Positions 47,542-57,829 of a stretch of DNA of 64,000 bases are shown here, piece after piece. Each line of letters starts with the position of its first letter. The stretch's first letter is position 1. The stretch comes from a virus (lineage: Duplodnaviria; Caudoviricetes). The notes beneath the pieces are model-generated. The model was given only the letters and a program-made list of their open reading frames with translations, ran no database searches and was not told the DNA's origin. The DNA is taken from positions 12,530-76,529 of IMG/VR virus record IMGVR_UViG_2802429318_000001, one strand, 5' to 3'. The translations under genes and the position numbers were made by a program.

Positions 47542-47946
47542 GTGTCCGGTTACACCAATCCGTACGTCCTGCTCACCTTCCCGGAACTCGGGGAAGACGT
47601 CAGCGTGCTGATGAAGAACCCGCAGCTACTGCCGCCGTCCGAGATCCAGCCGGAGGATGTGCCCACGGACGAGGACGGGCAGCCCAAGGATCCGCAGGAA
47701 GCTCAGATGGCGATGTACCGGGTGATGGCCCGGCTGATCGTCGCCTGGAAGGTGTACGAAGCGTTCAACTCGGAAGTGCCCGTCGAGGTCGATCCCGAGG
47801 CCGATCCGGCCGAGCTGTTCGAGACCCTCGGCGCCGGAGAACAGCAGCGCCTCGGCAAGGTCACAGCGGACAACGTCGGCCGTCTCCCGCTGGCCATCAT
47901 CAACCGCATCGGTGAGGAGGTCGGCCGCGTTGCGGACCCTCGGTAG
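47542..47946 (+). CDS. tail assembly chaperone (G)
   Basis: Acidic; follows tail tube; ends ADPR*. Confidence 0.75.
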   Translation: MSGYTNPYVLLTFPELGEDVSVLMKNPQLLPPSEIQPEDVPTDEDGQPKDPQEAQMAMYRVMARLIVAWKVYEAFNSEVPVEVDPEADPAELFETLGAGEQQRLGKVTADNVGRLPLAIINRIGEEVGRVADPR

Positions 47947-48206
47947 GCCCGGGCTCCCCGTACTACGAGGAAGTCCTCCTCCCGGTCGAGTCCATCATCG
48001 AGGGCACGTGGGGCAGCGACAGTAGTCCGGCAGAGTGGGCCGACTTCGTCCTCATGCGCCGTATGCACTGGTCGTGGGAGCAGCTCCAGCAAACACCCGC
48101 CTACGTGCGGCGCTACACCCTCGACTTCCTCGGCATGATCGCCACCCACGAGGAGCAAGAGGCCGAACGCGAGCGATTCAAGGCGGAACGCCAGGCCCGG
48201 GGGTGA
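47940..48206 (+). CDS. tail assembly chaperone extension (T), -1 frame
   Basis: Open -1 frame SVGPGSPYYEEV...LMRRMHWSWEQLQQTPAYVRRY; absent from ORF track. Confidence 0.7.
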   Translation, partial: SVGPGSPYYEEVLLPVESIIEGTWGSDSSPAEWADFVLMRRMHWSWEQLQQTPAYVRRYTLDFLGMIATHEEQEAERERFKAERQARG

Positions 48207-48210
48207 CGCC

Positions 48211-48669
48211 ATGCCAGAGCTGCGTCCCGGGAGCTTCACCGCGGTCTTCGCGCGCCTCGACGAGCACGGCCGCGTCCGGGGCCGCATCGCCCTCGAACCG
48301 GTCGCCCTCGCGATCGAACGGCAGGCGAAGATCAACGCCTCCGTCGGCGCCCACCGGCCGCGAACACCGACACCGGCCCGCCCAGGCACCGGCCCCGCCG
48401 TGATCTCAGGCACCCTGCGGCGCTCCATCACCCACAGCCCGATCATCCAGACCGGCACCGGCTGGACCACCCGCGTCGGCACCGGGGTCGGCTTCACCCC
48501 GCCCTATGGCAAGACCCCCGCCAACAAGTACGGGCTCTACCTGGAAACCGGCCTCAAAAACGGGGCCACCTACCCCTTCCTAGCGCCCGCCTACCGCTTC
48601 GTCATCCACACCGTGGCCCCGCAGATCTACCGCGCCGCCTACGGAACCGGCTGGAAGCACGTCATCTGA
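48211..48669 (+). CDS. HK97 gp10-like neck protein
   Basis: PAVISGTLRRSI...YGLYLETG...YPFLAPA. Confidence 0.75.
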   Translation: MPELRPGSFTAVFARLDEHGRVRGRIALEPVALAIERQAKINASVGAHRPRTPTPARPGTGPAVISGTLRRSITHSPIIQTGTGWTTRVGTGVGFTPPYGKTPANKYGLYLETGLKNGATYPFLAPAYRFVIHTVAPQIYRAAYGTGWKHVI

Positions 48670-48710
48670 CCAGCCAACACCCCGCCTGATCAACGCAATG
48701 GAGGTGGGGC

Positions 48711-51700
48711 ATGGCAGAGGTCGCCGACCTGTGGGTCACCCTGCGCGCCGAGACCGCACCCTTCACCCGCGGCATGCGCCGGGCCTCGGAGGAAGGCGAA
48801 TCCTTCACAAGCCGCATGGGCGGCGCCTCGGCGATGCTCAAGAAGCTCGGCGCCGCCACCACCCTGGTCGGCGTCGGCTTCGTCGCCTACGGCGTGAAGG
48901 CCGCCGGCGACTTCCAGCAGAAAATGAACCTGCTGGTCACCGCCTGCGGCGAGTCGACGAAGAACCTCAAGAAGGTCTCCGACGGCGTCCTGTCCCTCGC
49001 CCGGGAGACGGGCACGTCGACCGACGAACTGTCCGACGGCATGTATCAGGTCGAGAAGGCCGGCTACCGAGCCGGGGACGGCCTGAAGGTCTTGAAGGCC
49101 GCGTCGCAAGGTGCACGCGAGGAGGGCGCGAGCCTCAAGGACGTCACCAACGCCATGACGAGCGTCATGGCGAGCTATCACCTCAAGGCGAGCGACAGCA
49201 CGAGGGTGATGAATGCCCTCAAGACGGCCGCCGGTGAGGGCAAGATGACCATGGAGGAGTTCTCGGGCAGCCTGTCCACGGTCATCCCGATCGCCTCCGC
49301 CAACAAGATCTCGTTCGGTGAGGTCGGCGGCGCGATCGCCACCCTGACTCAGCACGGCACCTCCGCGCGCGAGGCGACGCAGGAACTCTCCTCCACGATC
49401 CGCCAGTTGGCGGCGCCGAACGCAGTCGCCGTGCAGGAGATGCAGCGCCTCGGCCTGTCCTCCACGGACGTGTCCACGAAGCTGGGCAAGCGCGGCCTCA
49501 CGGGGACGCTGGACCTGCTGTCCCAGACGGTGCTCAGCAAGATGGGCAAGTCCGGCACGCTCCTGCTCTCCACCTTCAACCAGACCAAGCAGGCGTCGGC
49601 CGACCTCAAGACCATGCTCGGCTCGATGCCGAAGTCCGTTCAGGGCATGGCCACGAGCCTGTCCAAGGGCGCCATGTCCGTCGGCGACTACAAGAAGGCG
49701 ATCAAGAGCCTCCCGGCCGACCAGAACGCGATGGGCGCCCAGTTCCTCGCCCTCTACCAGCGCTCGCACGGCTTCAACGACGCACTCAAGAGGGGCGGCC
49801 CGGCAGCCCAGACGTACACCGAGGCCATCAAAAAGATGACGGGTGGCGCCATCGGTCTCAACACGACGCTGCAGCTCACAGGCGAGTCCTCCGCCGGGTT
49901 CAAGGACCGCGTGGACAAGGTCTCCGAGTCCTTCAACCACGCCTCGAAGGACGTTGAGGGCTGGAAGATCACCCAGCAGTCCTTCAACGTCCAGATGGGC
50001 CGCCTCAAGGAAGCCGTCACCACGGCCGCCATCACCGTCGGCACCAAGCTGATCCCGGTCATCCTCAAGGTCGTCACCTTCTTCGAGAAGCACAAGGCGG
50101 CCGCAATCGCGCTCGCCGCGGTCATCGGCGGAGTGCTGACGGCAGCCGTGATCAGCTTCGCGACCGGAGCGGTGATCGGCGCGGTCAAAGGCATCGGCGA
50201 CCTCGGCAAGGGCCTCATGGCCGCATCGAAGGCCGTGAAGGCCTTCGCTCTGTCCGAGAAGGTCGCTGCCGCAGCCTCGAAGATCTTCGCTGCCGGTCAG
50301 GCACTGGTGAACGCCGTCATGGACGCGAACCCGATCGTCTTGGTCGTGATCGCGCTCGTCGCTCTCACTGCTGGACTGATCTACGCCTACAACCACTGCG
50401 CACGCTTCCGGCAGATCGTGCAGTCGGCGTTCGCCGGGGTGAGGACCGCCGCTGTCGCGGTTTGGCACGCGCTGCAGGCAGTGTGGACCGGCATCGTCGG
50501 CGGAGTCACCTCGCTGTGGCACGGCATCGTCGGCGTCTGGCAGCGCATCGCGGCAATCACCAGCGTCGTGTGGGGCGCGATCGCAGGGTTCTTCAAGAAG
50601 TGGTGGCCATTGCTCTTGGTCATCTTCGCCTTGCCGATCGCCATCCTGGTCGCCATCTGGAACCACTGGCACACCCAGATCACGAGCGCCTGCCAGACCG
50701 CCTGGAATGCCATCCTCGGCTTCCTCAAGGGCTGCTGGGACGTGATCAAGGGCGCCGCATCCGTCGTCTGGGCCGTCATCGCCACGGTGATCATCGAGCC
50801 GATGATGGGCGTCTGGCACATGCTCCAGTCGGTCTGGCACACCATCTCCGGCTGGCTCAGCTCCGCCTGGGGCGCCATCCGAAGCGCCGCCGCATCCGTC
50901 TGGGGCCGGATCTCGTCGGCCATGAGCGGACCGGTGAAGTCGGCCTGGCGCACCATCTCCTCGACGATGGGCCAGGTCAAGGACGTCATCGGCAACAAGC
51001 TCAACCAGGCCTGGAGCGCAGCGAAGAACTGGGGCAGCAAGTTCCTGTCGATCGGCAAGAGCATCGTCATGGGCATGGTCCACGGCGTAGCGAACGCCGC
51101 CGGCGCGCTGTTCGGCGCGCTGAAGCATCTGGCCAGTAGCGCGCTCGACAAAGCCAAGTCGTTCCTCGGCATCAACTCGCCGTCCAAGCTGTTCGCCGAC
51201 CACGTGGGCAGCTCCATCCCCGAGGGCATGGCCAAGGGCGTCACGGACCATGCCCACCTCGCGCACGCGGCCATCCGCGGCACCGCGAACGGGATGGTCT
51301 CCGAGGCCCAGAAGACCCTCGGCATCGCCAGCCCCTCGAAGGTCTTCCGCAACATCGGGATCTACCTCAACGAGGGCCTGATCGAGGGTCTGACCGGGAG
51401 CACGGCCAAGGTCAAGGCAGCGACGAAGCGGATCGAGACGCTGCTCATCCAGACCTTCAACAAGGTCTCCGACCTGCGCGGCAACAAGAAGACCCGCCAC
51501 TGGGCGATGACGCACGAGTCGACGCTCAAGCACCTCGAGAAGTATGCGAAGAAGGAGGACACGCTCCTGCGCCGCCTGGCGACGAGGAGAGACCAGGTCG
51601 CCGTCAAGCTGAAGGCCGCGCAGAAGGCGCTCACCGCAGTCCAGAAGCAGTGGAACGACGAGGTCAAGAGCGTCTCGCAGGGGGTCATGCAGGGCTTCTC

Positions 51701-52445
51701 CATCGTGACGGAGGCGCCGCAGGAGGGGTTCGCCCTGTCCGCGCAGGACGTCGTCAACAAGATGCGCGACCAGATGTCCAAGGCCGTGAACTTCGCGGAC
51801 CAGCTCCGCGCCCTGCAGAAGAAGGGCCTGAGCAGCGACCTGGTCGCGCAGATCGCGGCGGCTGGCGTCGACCAGGGCGGGGCCACGGCGGCCGCACTGG
51901 CCGGGGCGTCGAAGGGGCAGATCGACCAGATCAACGCGCTCCAGAAGACGACGAAGGGTGCCGCTGACAGCGCGGGCAAGGCTGTTGCGGACTCGATGTA
52001 CGGGGCCGGGCTCCGGTCGGCTCAGGGCCTGGTGAAGGGCTTGCAGTCGCAGGAGAAGGCGATCGAGAAGCAGATGATGAAGATCGCCAAATCCATGCAG
52101 CGTGCCATCAAGCACGCTCTCGGGATCAAGAGCCCCTCGACGGTGTTCGCGGCCATCGGCCAGTGGATCCCCCGCGGACTCGCGGCCGGCGTCAAGGACC
52201 ACACCCATCACGCCACCAACGCCGTGCACAAGCTGGCGAACTCGGTGGCGAGCGCAGGGGCGGGCGCGGGGCGCGGACTGGCGCTGGCGGGAGGAGGCGG
52301 GGGCGGCCAGGTGGTGCACCAGCACTTCACGTTCCACGTCGAGGGCAACATCCGCACGATCGACTCGCTGGCCAAGGACATGGAGGCGGCGTTCCTGCGC
52401 CGCGGCGCCCGTAACCCGCTCACCTACACCCAGTACAGGCGCTGA
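48711..52445 (+). CDS. tape measure protein
   Basis: 1244 aa helical protein, TP901-like core, Trp repeats, GI.SPS motifs. Confidence 0.95.
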   Translation: MAEVADLWVTLRAETAPFTRGMRRASEEGESFTSRMGGASAMLKKLGAATTLVGVGFVAYGVKAAGDFQQKMNLLVTACGESTKNLKKVSDGVLSLARETGTSTDELSDGMYQVEKAGYRAGDGLKVLKAASQGAREEGASLKDVTNAMTSVMASYHLKASDSTRVMNALKTAAGEGKMTMEEFSGSLSTVIPIASANKISFGEVGGAIATLTQHGTSAREATQELSSTIRQLAAPNAVAVQEMQRLGLSSTDVSTKLGKRGLTGTLDLLSQTVLSKMGKSGTLLLSTFNQTKQASADLKTMLGSMPKSVQGMATSLSKGAMSVGDYKKAIKSLPADQNAMGAQFLALYQRSHGFNDALKRGGPAAQTYTEAIKKMTGGAIGLNTTLQLTGESSAGFKDRVDKVSESFNHASKDVEGWKITQQSFNVQMGRLKEAVTTAAITVGTKLIPVILKVVTFFEKHKAAAIALAAVIGGVLTAAVISFATGAVIGAVKGIGDLGKGLMAASKAVKAFALSEKVAAAASKIFAAGQALVNAVMDANPIVLVVIALVALTAGLIYAYNHCARFRQIVQSAFAGVRTAAVAVWHALQAVWTGIVGGVTSLWHGIVGVWQRIAAITSVVWGAIAGFFKKWWPLLLVIFALPIAILVAIWNHWHTQITSACQTAWNAILGFLKGCWDVIKGAASVVWAVIATVIIEPMMGVWHMLQSVWHTISGWLSSAWGAIRSAAASVWGRISSAMSGPVKSAWRTISSTMGQVKDVIGNKLNQAWSAAKNWGSKFLSIGKSIVMGMVHGVANAAGALFGALKHLASSALDKAKSFLGINSPSKLFADHVGSSIPEGMAKGVTDHAHLAHAAIRGTANGMVSEAQKTLGIASPSKVFRNIGIYLNEGLIEGLTGSTAKVKAATKRIETLLIQTFNKVSDLRGNKKTRHWAMTHESTLKHLEKYAKKEDTLLRRLATRRDQVAVKLKAAQKALTAVQKQWNDEVKSVSQGVMQGFSIVTEAPQEGFALSAQDVVNKMRDQMSKAVNFADQLRALQKKGLSSDLVAQIAAAGVDQGGATAAALAGASKGQIDQINALQKTTKGAADSAGKAVADSMYGAGLRSAQGLVKGLQSQEKAIEKQMMKIAKSMQRAIKHALGIKSPSTVFAAIGQWIPRGLAAGVKDHTHHATNAVHKLANSVASAGAGAGRGLALAGGGGGGQVVHQHFTFHVEGNIRTIDSLAKDMEAAFLRRGARNPLTYTQYRR

Positions 52446-52495
52446 CCCCAACCCCACGATGAGGGCGCCACCGGGCGCCAGATAGGCGGCACCCG

Positions 52496-55400
52496 GTGGC
52501 GAACCCCAAACTCAGCCTGCTCACCGACGCGTTCACCACGGCCGCGATCAACACCGGCCTGTGGAACAACATCACCGCCGGATCCGCAACGCTCGACACC
52601 GTCAACGATGTCGTCGCCCTGGCCATCCCCACAGCGTTGGGCGGCATCAACGTCTTCGGCACCACCAGCCTCTACGACGCCACCAACTCCAGCCTGTCCG
52701 CACAGATCGGCGTCGCCCCGAACGGCAACGGCGGCACCAAGAGCATCATGCGCGTGCGCCTGGACTCCAACAACGCCGTGACGATGAGGGTCGAGAGCGG
52801 CGTCTTCAAGCAGACCATGCAGATCGGCGGCACGCTCACCTCGGTCACCCTGCCGACCTACGACCCCCACCAGCACCGCTGGTGGAGGATCCGCGAGTCC
52901 GGAGGGTCGTTCTACGCCGACACGTCCCCGGACGGCCTGAACTGGACGAACCAGTCCAGCATGGCCTACTCCTGGTCGGCGGCCGCGCTCACCGTGCAGT
53001 TCGAGTCGCAGGCCTCCGTGACCGAGGTCTCCGGCAACGCCACCGCGATCAGCAACATCAACACCCGGCTCGGCGGCCAGTTCAACCCCAACTGGCCCCT
53101 GATCGAGGACGCCTGGGGCCCGTACTGGAACAGCAACGGCGGCGATTCGCCGAGCGACCGCTTCGTGGAGATCACTGACCGGACCCGCGACAGTGTCACG
53201 GTCAGCCGCGGCCGCCAGTACGAACTCGACCAGGTCCGCTCGGGTGAGGCAGGGCTCACGCTGGCGAACACGGACGCCGCCCTGGACCCGCTGAACGCGT
53301 CCGGACCGTGGTTCGGGCGAATTTCTCCGTACCAGCCTTACCGTCGACGTGCCCAGTGGCCGCCGACGCGGAACTTGTTGGACCAGGTGATGGCTACCGC
53401 CGGAGACCTCGGCGGGTACAGCCTGGGCGTCATCCCCGCGGGCACGTCCGGCAGCGACATGACCTTCAGCGACCCAAATGCCAGCTTCGTAGCCTCCAGC
53501 TCGGCGTGGCAGGGCGGAACCGTCATCCAGAACTCCGTCACCTCTGGACTCACCGCCACAACGCGCCTGGTGCACACCCCACGCTGGTCCGCGATTCCCG
53601 GGCAGACGTACACCCTTACGATCCGGGTCAGGAACGTCACCGCCGCCACGTCGCTGTCCGTTCAGGCGTTCATCGGCTGGTACACGGCCACCAGCGTCCC
53701 CACCACCCCCAGCAGCTTCAACTACGGCAGCGCCACCGCCCTGACCGGCTCGACGACCGCAGGGTGGACCACCCTCACCGTCACAGCGACCGCCCCCGCG
53801 ACCGCCGCCGGAATGGACGTGGGAGTCGCGCTCGCCTCCACCGCAGCCGCGACCGCGAGCATGCAGATCGACGGCTGGCAGGCGGAGAAGGGCTCGGTCG
53901 CCACGCCGTGGACGTGCCCCGGCGTCTGGTTCCCGATCTACGCCGGGTTCCTCGAGCGCTGGCCGTCGTCCTGGAACATGTCCGGTACCTACGGCCTGGT
54001 TCAGCCGACCGCCGTTGACGCGTTCTCCCTGCTGTCGCAGAAGCAGCTGTCCGACCCGCTCACCCAGGAGATCAACTCCAACAGCCCGCGGTTCGTGTAC
54101 CGCCTCGACGACCCGGCCGGCAGCACGAGCGTCGCCGACTGGACCGGCAACTGCCCACCCGCGCAGCTCGCCATCAGCAAATACGGCGCAGGCAGCCTGA
54201 CATTCGGCAACGCGATCACATCCACCGACGCGACCGGCACGTACACCGGCTCTGGCGGCGGCACCGTCGCCACGATCAACAACGCCAACCCGGGGGCCGC
54301 GCTCACCGGGAACGCGACCTTCATCAAACTCACCTCGGCAGGCATCGTCGGACCGACGGACCCGACCGCCTGGACGCGCGTCCTGGCGTTCCGCTACACG
54401 GGTCCGGCGATTACGTCCGGCGCCTATCTGTGGACCTGCATGGACAACCAGCGCTCCGGCGGCGTCCCTTCCGGCAGCCATATTTACGTTCTTCTGGACA
54501 CCACCGGAAAGCCTCTGGTGTGGGTGCAGGGCCCCTCCGGCGCCGGAACATCGACGTATTTCGGTGGCGCCACGAACTGCGTGGACGGCAACTGGCATCT
54601 GCTGATTTTCGGCTACAACCAGGCCACTCAGCAGATCCTTGCCAGCCAGGACGGTTCGCCCGCCGCCTACCTCGGCAGCATCCCCACCAACAACACCCCG
54701 ACCGGGCTGGTCAGCGACAATCTCGGCGCATTCGTTGACGTCACCGTCGGCAACGGCACAGCCTTCAATTTCAAGGGCGACATTTCCTTTGCCGCTGAAT
54801 TCCCGGCCATGCTCACATCCGGAGCAGCGATCACCAACCTCTACACGGCCTGGAAATCGGCCTGCGCAGGAGAATCCACCAACGCCCGCTACGCTCGAAT
54901 TCTCCGCTACGCCGGATACACCGGCCCGTCCACGCTTCAGACCGGCCTGACCACCAGCATGGGCCCGGCCAACCTTGACGGCCAGGATGCGGTCAGCGCC
55001 CTCCAGGCGGTCGCGGACACCGAAGGCGGCGAGCACTTCGTCGACAAGGCGGGCAGCGTCCAATTCAAGGCCCGCAGCGCCCGCTACAACGCCACCACCC
55101 CGGTCTACACGTTCGGGGAAAACACGGGCGCGGGGGAGTGGCCCTACGAGGACATCACCCTCGACTACGACTCCACCCACCTGTCCAATCAGGTCACCGT
55201 CACACAGGAATCCGGCGGGCAGAACTTCTACGCCCAAGACGCCACCTCCGCGTCGAACTTCTTCCCCCGGACGATGAGCCGCACCATCAACTCCTCGTCC
55301 AGCCTGGAATGCCAGGACGCCGCGAACTACCTCCTCAGCAGGTACAAAAACCCGGCAACCCGCGTCTCCTCCATCAAACTGCACCCCTCCGCAAATCCCG

Positions 55401-55927
55401 CAATGTGGCCCGTATGCCTGGCCCTCGAACTCGGCATGCGAATCCGAGTCATGCGCCGGGCCCCCAACGTGCCTGCGACTCAGGTGGAGTGCTTCCTCGA
55501 AAACCTCAGCTGGGACTTCGGCGACAACGGCGACGCAACGCTCACCCTGCAATGCAGCCCGGCGGACCTCACCCCGTACGGCATCGTCACCGCCTGGCAC
55601 ACCACCCTCCACACCACGATCGCCTCAGGCGTCACCAGCATCAGCATCGACGCCAGCGCCGACAACGTGAACCCGCTCGCCGCCCAGCTCGCGGCCGGCG
55701 ACCAGATCGTCCTCGGCCAGAACACCGCCAACCAGGAGACCGTCACCGTCTCCGCCGTCGGCGCCACCTCGTCCGGCTGGACCACGGCCACGATCACCTT
55801 GACCGCGGCCACCACCAAGGCGCATACGGCGGGCGACATCGTCTGCGACGTCCTCCCGGCCGGCACGACGGACCCCACGACGTGGGACGCCGTCGGCCGA
55901 TTCGACTCGGTCGCCTTCTCCTACTGA
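52496..55927 (+). CDS. large tail-tip/host-recognition protein (carbohydrate-binding and LamG-like domains)
   Basis: RGRQYELDQVRSG, YRLDDPAG, DGNWHL; follows tape measure. Confidence 0.85.
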   Translation: MANPKLSLLTDAFTTAAINTGLWNNITAGSATLDTVNDVVALAIPTALGGINVFGTTSLYDATNSSLSAQIGVAPNGNGGTKSIMRVRLDSNNAVTMRVESGVFKQTMQIGGTLTSVTLPTYDPHQHRWWRIRESGGSFYADTSPDGLNWTNQSSMAYSWSAAALTVQFESQASVTEVSGNATAISNINTRLGGQFNPNWPLIEDAWGPYWNSNGGDSPSDRFVEITDRTRDSVTVSRGRQYELDQVRSGEAGLTLANTDAALDPLNASGPWFGRISPYQPYRRRAQWPPTRNLLDQVMATAGDLGGYSLGVIPAGTSGSDMTFSDPNASFVASSSAWQGGTVIQNSVTSGLTATTRLVHTPRWSAIPGQTYTLTIRVRNVTAATSLSVQAFIGWYTATSVPTTPSSFNYGSATALTGSTTAGWTTLTVTATAPATAAGMDVGVALASTAAATASMQIDGWQAEKGSVATPWTCPGVWFPIYAGFLERWPSSWNMSGTYGLVQPTAVDAFSLLSQKQLSDPLTQEINSNSPRFVYRLDDPAGSTSVADWTGNCPPAQLAISKYGAGSLTFGNAITSTDATGTYTGSGGGTVATINNANPGAALTGNATFIKLTSAGIVGPTDPTAWTRVLAFRYTGPAITSGAYLWTCMDNQRSGGVPSGSHIYVLLDTTGKPLVWVQGPSGAGTSTYFGGATNCVDGNWHLLIFGYNQATQQILASQDGSPAAYLGSIPTNNTPTGLVSDNLGAFVDVTVGNGTAFNFKGDISFAAEFPAMLTSGAAITNLYTAWKSACAGESTNARYARILRYAGYTGPSTLQTGLTTSMGPANLDGQDAVSALQAVADTEGGEHFVDKAGSVQFKARSARYNATTPVYTFGENTGAGEWPYEDITLDYDSTHLSNQVTVTQESGGQNFYAQDATSASNFFPRTMSRTINSSSSLECQDAANYLLSRYKNPATRVSSIKLHPSANPAMWPVCLALELGMRIRVMRRAPNVPATQVECFLENLSWDFGDNGDATLTLQCSPADLTPYGIVTAWHTTLHTTIASGVTSISIDASADNVNPLAAQLAAGDQIVLGQNTANQETVTVSAVGATSSGWTTATITLTAATTKAHTAGDIVCDVLPAGTTDPTTWDAVGRFDSVAFSY

Positions 55928-55973
55928 CCCGTTCCGGGCCCGCGCGGGCCCTCTTCCCGTCTGGAGGTCCCGC

Positions 55974-56522
55974 GTGGCCCGTACCGTGCCTGTCGTCGCC
56001 ACCGAAGTGCCCGGCAACTTCATCAGCGCCGCCCTGTGGACGGCCCAGGTCTCCGCGACCATGAACTTCCTGATGGGCACCGGCACCAACGGCGTGCCGC
56101 GCTTCCGCGGCTACCAGACGTCCGTCCAGTCCCTGGCCGACAACACGTGGACCTCGCTCACGCTGGACACCGAAGCGTTCGACAGCGACAACGGGCACAG
56201 CACCTCGACGAACACCAGCCGGTACGTGGTCCAGGTCGCCGGAACCTACGCCGTCACGGGCGTCGCCGCGTTCGCAGCGAACGCCACCGGCAACCGCGCC
56301 GCCCGCATCGCCGTCAACGGCACGTCGATCGCCGGCTCCTTCGTGAAGACCCTGGCCGCCACCGCCTCCCACTCATCAGGCGTGGCCACCCACGCCCAAG
56401 TCGCCTGCGCCGTCGGCGACTACATCGAGGTCATGGGCCTGCAGACATCCGGCGCCGCACTGAACACGTCTGCCGCCAGCGACGTCGCGTGCGCCATGGG
56501 CGTCTGGTGGATCTCCGGCTGA
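55974..56522 (+). CDS. minor tail/receptor-binding protein (C1q/TNF-like)
   Basis: DTEAFDSDNGH...SRY...AGTY...GDYIEV. Confidence 0.75.
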   Translation: MARTVPVVATEVPGNFISAALWTAQVSATMNFLMGTGTNGVPRFRGYQTSVQSLADNTWTSLTLDTEAFDSDNGHSTSTNTSRYVVQVAGTYAVTGVAAFAANATGNRAARIAVNGTSIAGSFVKTLAATASHSSGVATHAQVACAVGDYIEVMGLQTSGAALNTSAASDVACAMGVWWISG

Positions 56523-56587
56523 CGGCCCCCTCTCATCTGTCCGCACATCGTGCGGCTCCAGTCCCCGCCCTCGCGAAAGGCGCCCTC

Positions 56588-56854
56588 GTGGACCAACCCG
56601 ACGGCCGGCACCCGGCCACTACACACCTGCTCCGCTACTTCGAGTACGGCCATCTGCCCGAGAGGCTCCAGCAGTTCAGCGCACCGTTCGCCGCCCTCGC
56701 GCACGATGTTGGCGCGTCGCTGCCCGATGGGCCCGAGCTGACGGCCGGGCTCCGCAAGCTCCTTGAAGCGAAGGACTGCATCGTCCGCGCCGCCGTCGAC
56801 CAGTTGCTCGCCGAGGCCTCCCCCTCCGACACGGCGGGGGAGGGCACACGATGA
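56588..56854 (+). CDS. small helical-hairpin phage protein
   Basis: YFEYGHLPERLQ..S.PF..LA...LPDGPELTAGLRKLLEAKDC.VRA. Confidence 0.75.
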   Translation: MDQPDGRHPATTHLLRYFEYGHLPERLQQFSAPFAALAHDVGASLPDGPELTAGLRKLLEAKDCIVRAAVDQLLAEASPSDTAGEGTR

Positions 56855-57771
56855 CCGCACCGAAGTACGGACGCCGGGCACCGAAGCAGGCCCGCGCCCT
56901 CTCGCTGTCCCGGATCCTCACGGGCACCGTTCCGGCCCACCCGGCGGCCGCCGACTACCTCGCGCGGCTCGCCGCCTGGCAGATGCTCGGCAACGACGCC
57001 GCGGGGGACTGCGTCGCCGTGACGTGGGCCAACGTCCGCCGCCTCGTCTCCTCGATCGCCGGTGCCGAGCGGTACCCGACCCAGGACGAGGTGTGGGCGC
57101 TCTATCGCACCCAGAACCCCGGCTTCGACCCGAACGGCACCGCTGACACGAACGGCCCCGGCTCGGACCACGACCAAGGCATGGTCATCCAGACCCTGCT
57201 GGAGTACCTCGTCAAGCACGGTGGCCCCGACGGCGTGAAGGCCCTGGCCTTCGCCAAGGTCGACCCGTCCAGCCCCGACGAGGTCAAGGCCGCGATCTCG
57301 ATCTTCGGGTTCGTGTGGACGGGCGTCGTCGTCCAGAACGCCAACATGGACGACTTCAACTCCCGCCGCCCGTGGGACTACCACCGCTCCAGCCCGGACG
57401 ACGGCGGCCACTCCGTCATCACCGGCGGCTACGGCGCCGGCGGGGCGGGGCCGCTGGGAGGCGACGAGCGCTTCATCACCTGGGCCGAGGAGACGTCGTT
57501 CACCGACGCCTACTGGCGGCGGAAAACGGAAGAGGCATGGGTCGTCATCTGGCCCGAGCACCTCGAGCACCCCGCATTCCAGGAGGGCGTCGACCTGGCC
57601 GCGCTCGCCGCCGACTACACGGCCCTGACCGGAAAGCCGTTCCCCGGTGTCGTCCCCAGCCCGACCCCTCCTCCGACGCCCACTCCTTCTCCGACTCCTG
57701 ACCTGGATCCTCGGCTGGTTCAGGCGTGGCAGTCGATGAAGGCGTGGGCCAAGGACAACAACGTCGGCTGA
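56851..57771 (+). CDS. papain-like cysteine peptidase
   Basis: GNDAAGDCV, GGHSV..GGY, FITWA; PT-rich linker. Confidence 0.7.
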   Translation: MTAPKYGRRAPKQARALSLSRILTGTVPAHPAAADYLARLAAWQMLGNDAAGDCVAVTWANVRRLVSSIAGAERYPTQDEVWALYRTQNPGFDPNGTADTNGPGSDHDQGMVIQTLLEYLVKHGGPDGVKALAFAKVDPSSPDEVKAAISIFGFVWTGVVVQNANMDDFNSRRPWDYHRSSPDDGGHSVITGGYGAGGAGPLGGDERFITWAEETSFTDAYWRRKTEEAWVVIWPEHLEHPAFQEGVDLAALAADYTALTGKPFPGVVPSPTPPPTPTPSPTPDLDPRLVQAWQSMKAWAKDNNVG

Positions 57772-57785
57772 CCAGCCACACCCTC

Positions 57786-57811
57786 AAGCCCCCACGACGC
57801 TGGGGGCTTTC
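57786..57811 (+). terminator. intrinsic terminator-like hairpin
   Basis: AAGCCCCCA...TGGGGGCTTT. Confidence 0.6.
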
Positions 57812-57829
57812 GCATGCCCGGGAGGGCTC

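Noticed and set aside
48690-55612. Very long minus-strand ORFs (1255 and 1062 aa); likewise 34251-37169 and 37187-39199
   Set aside because: Antisense shadows of genuine high-GC3 genes; no motifs or RBS
52496-56522. Diversity-generating retroelement or invertible tail-fibre system
   Set aside because: No reverse transcriptase, invertase or template/variable repeat pair seen
57650-57705. CCGAC(C/T)CC-type short repeats
   Set aside because: Simply encode a Pro-Thr linker
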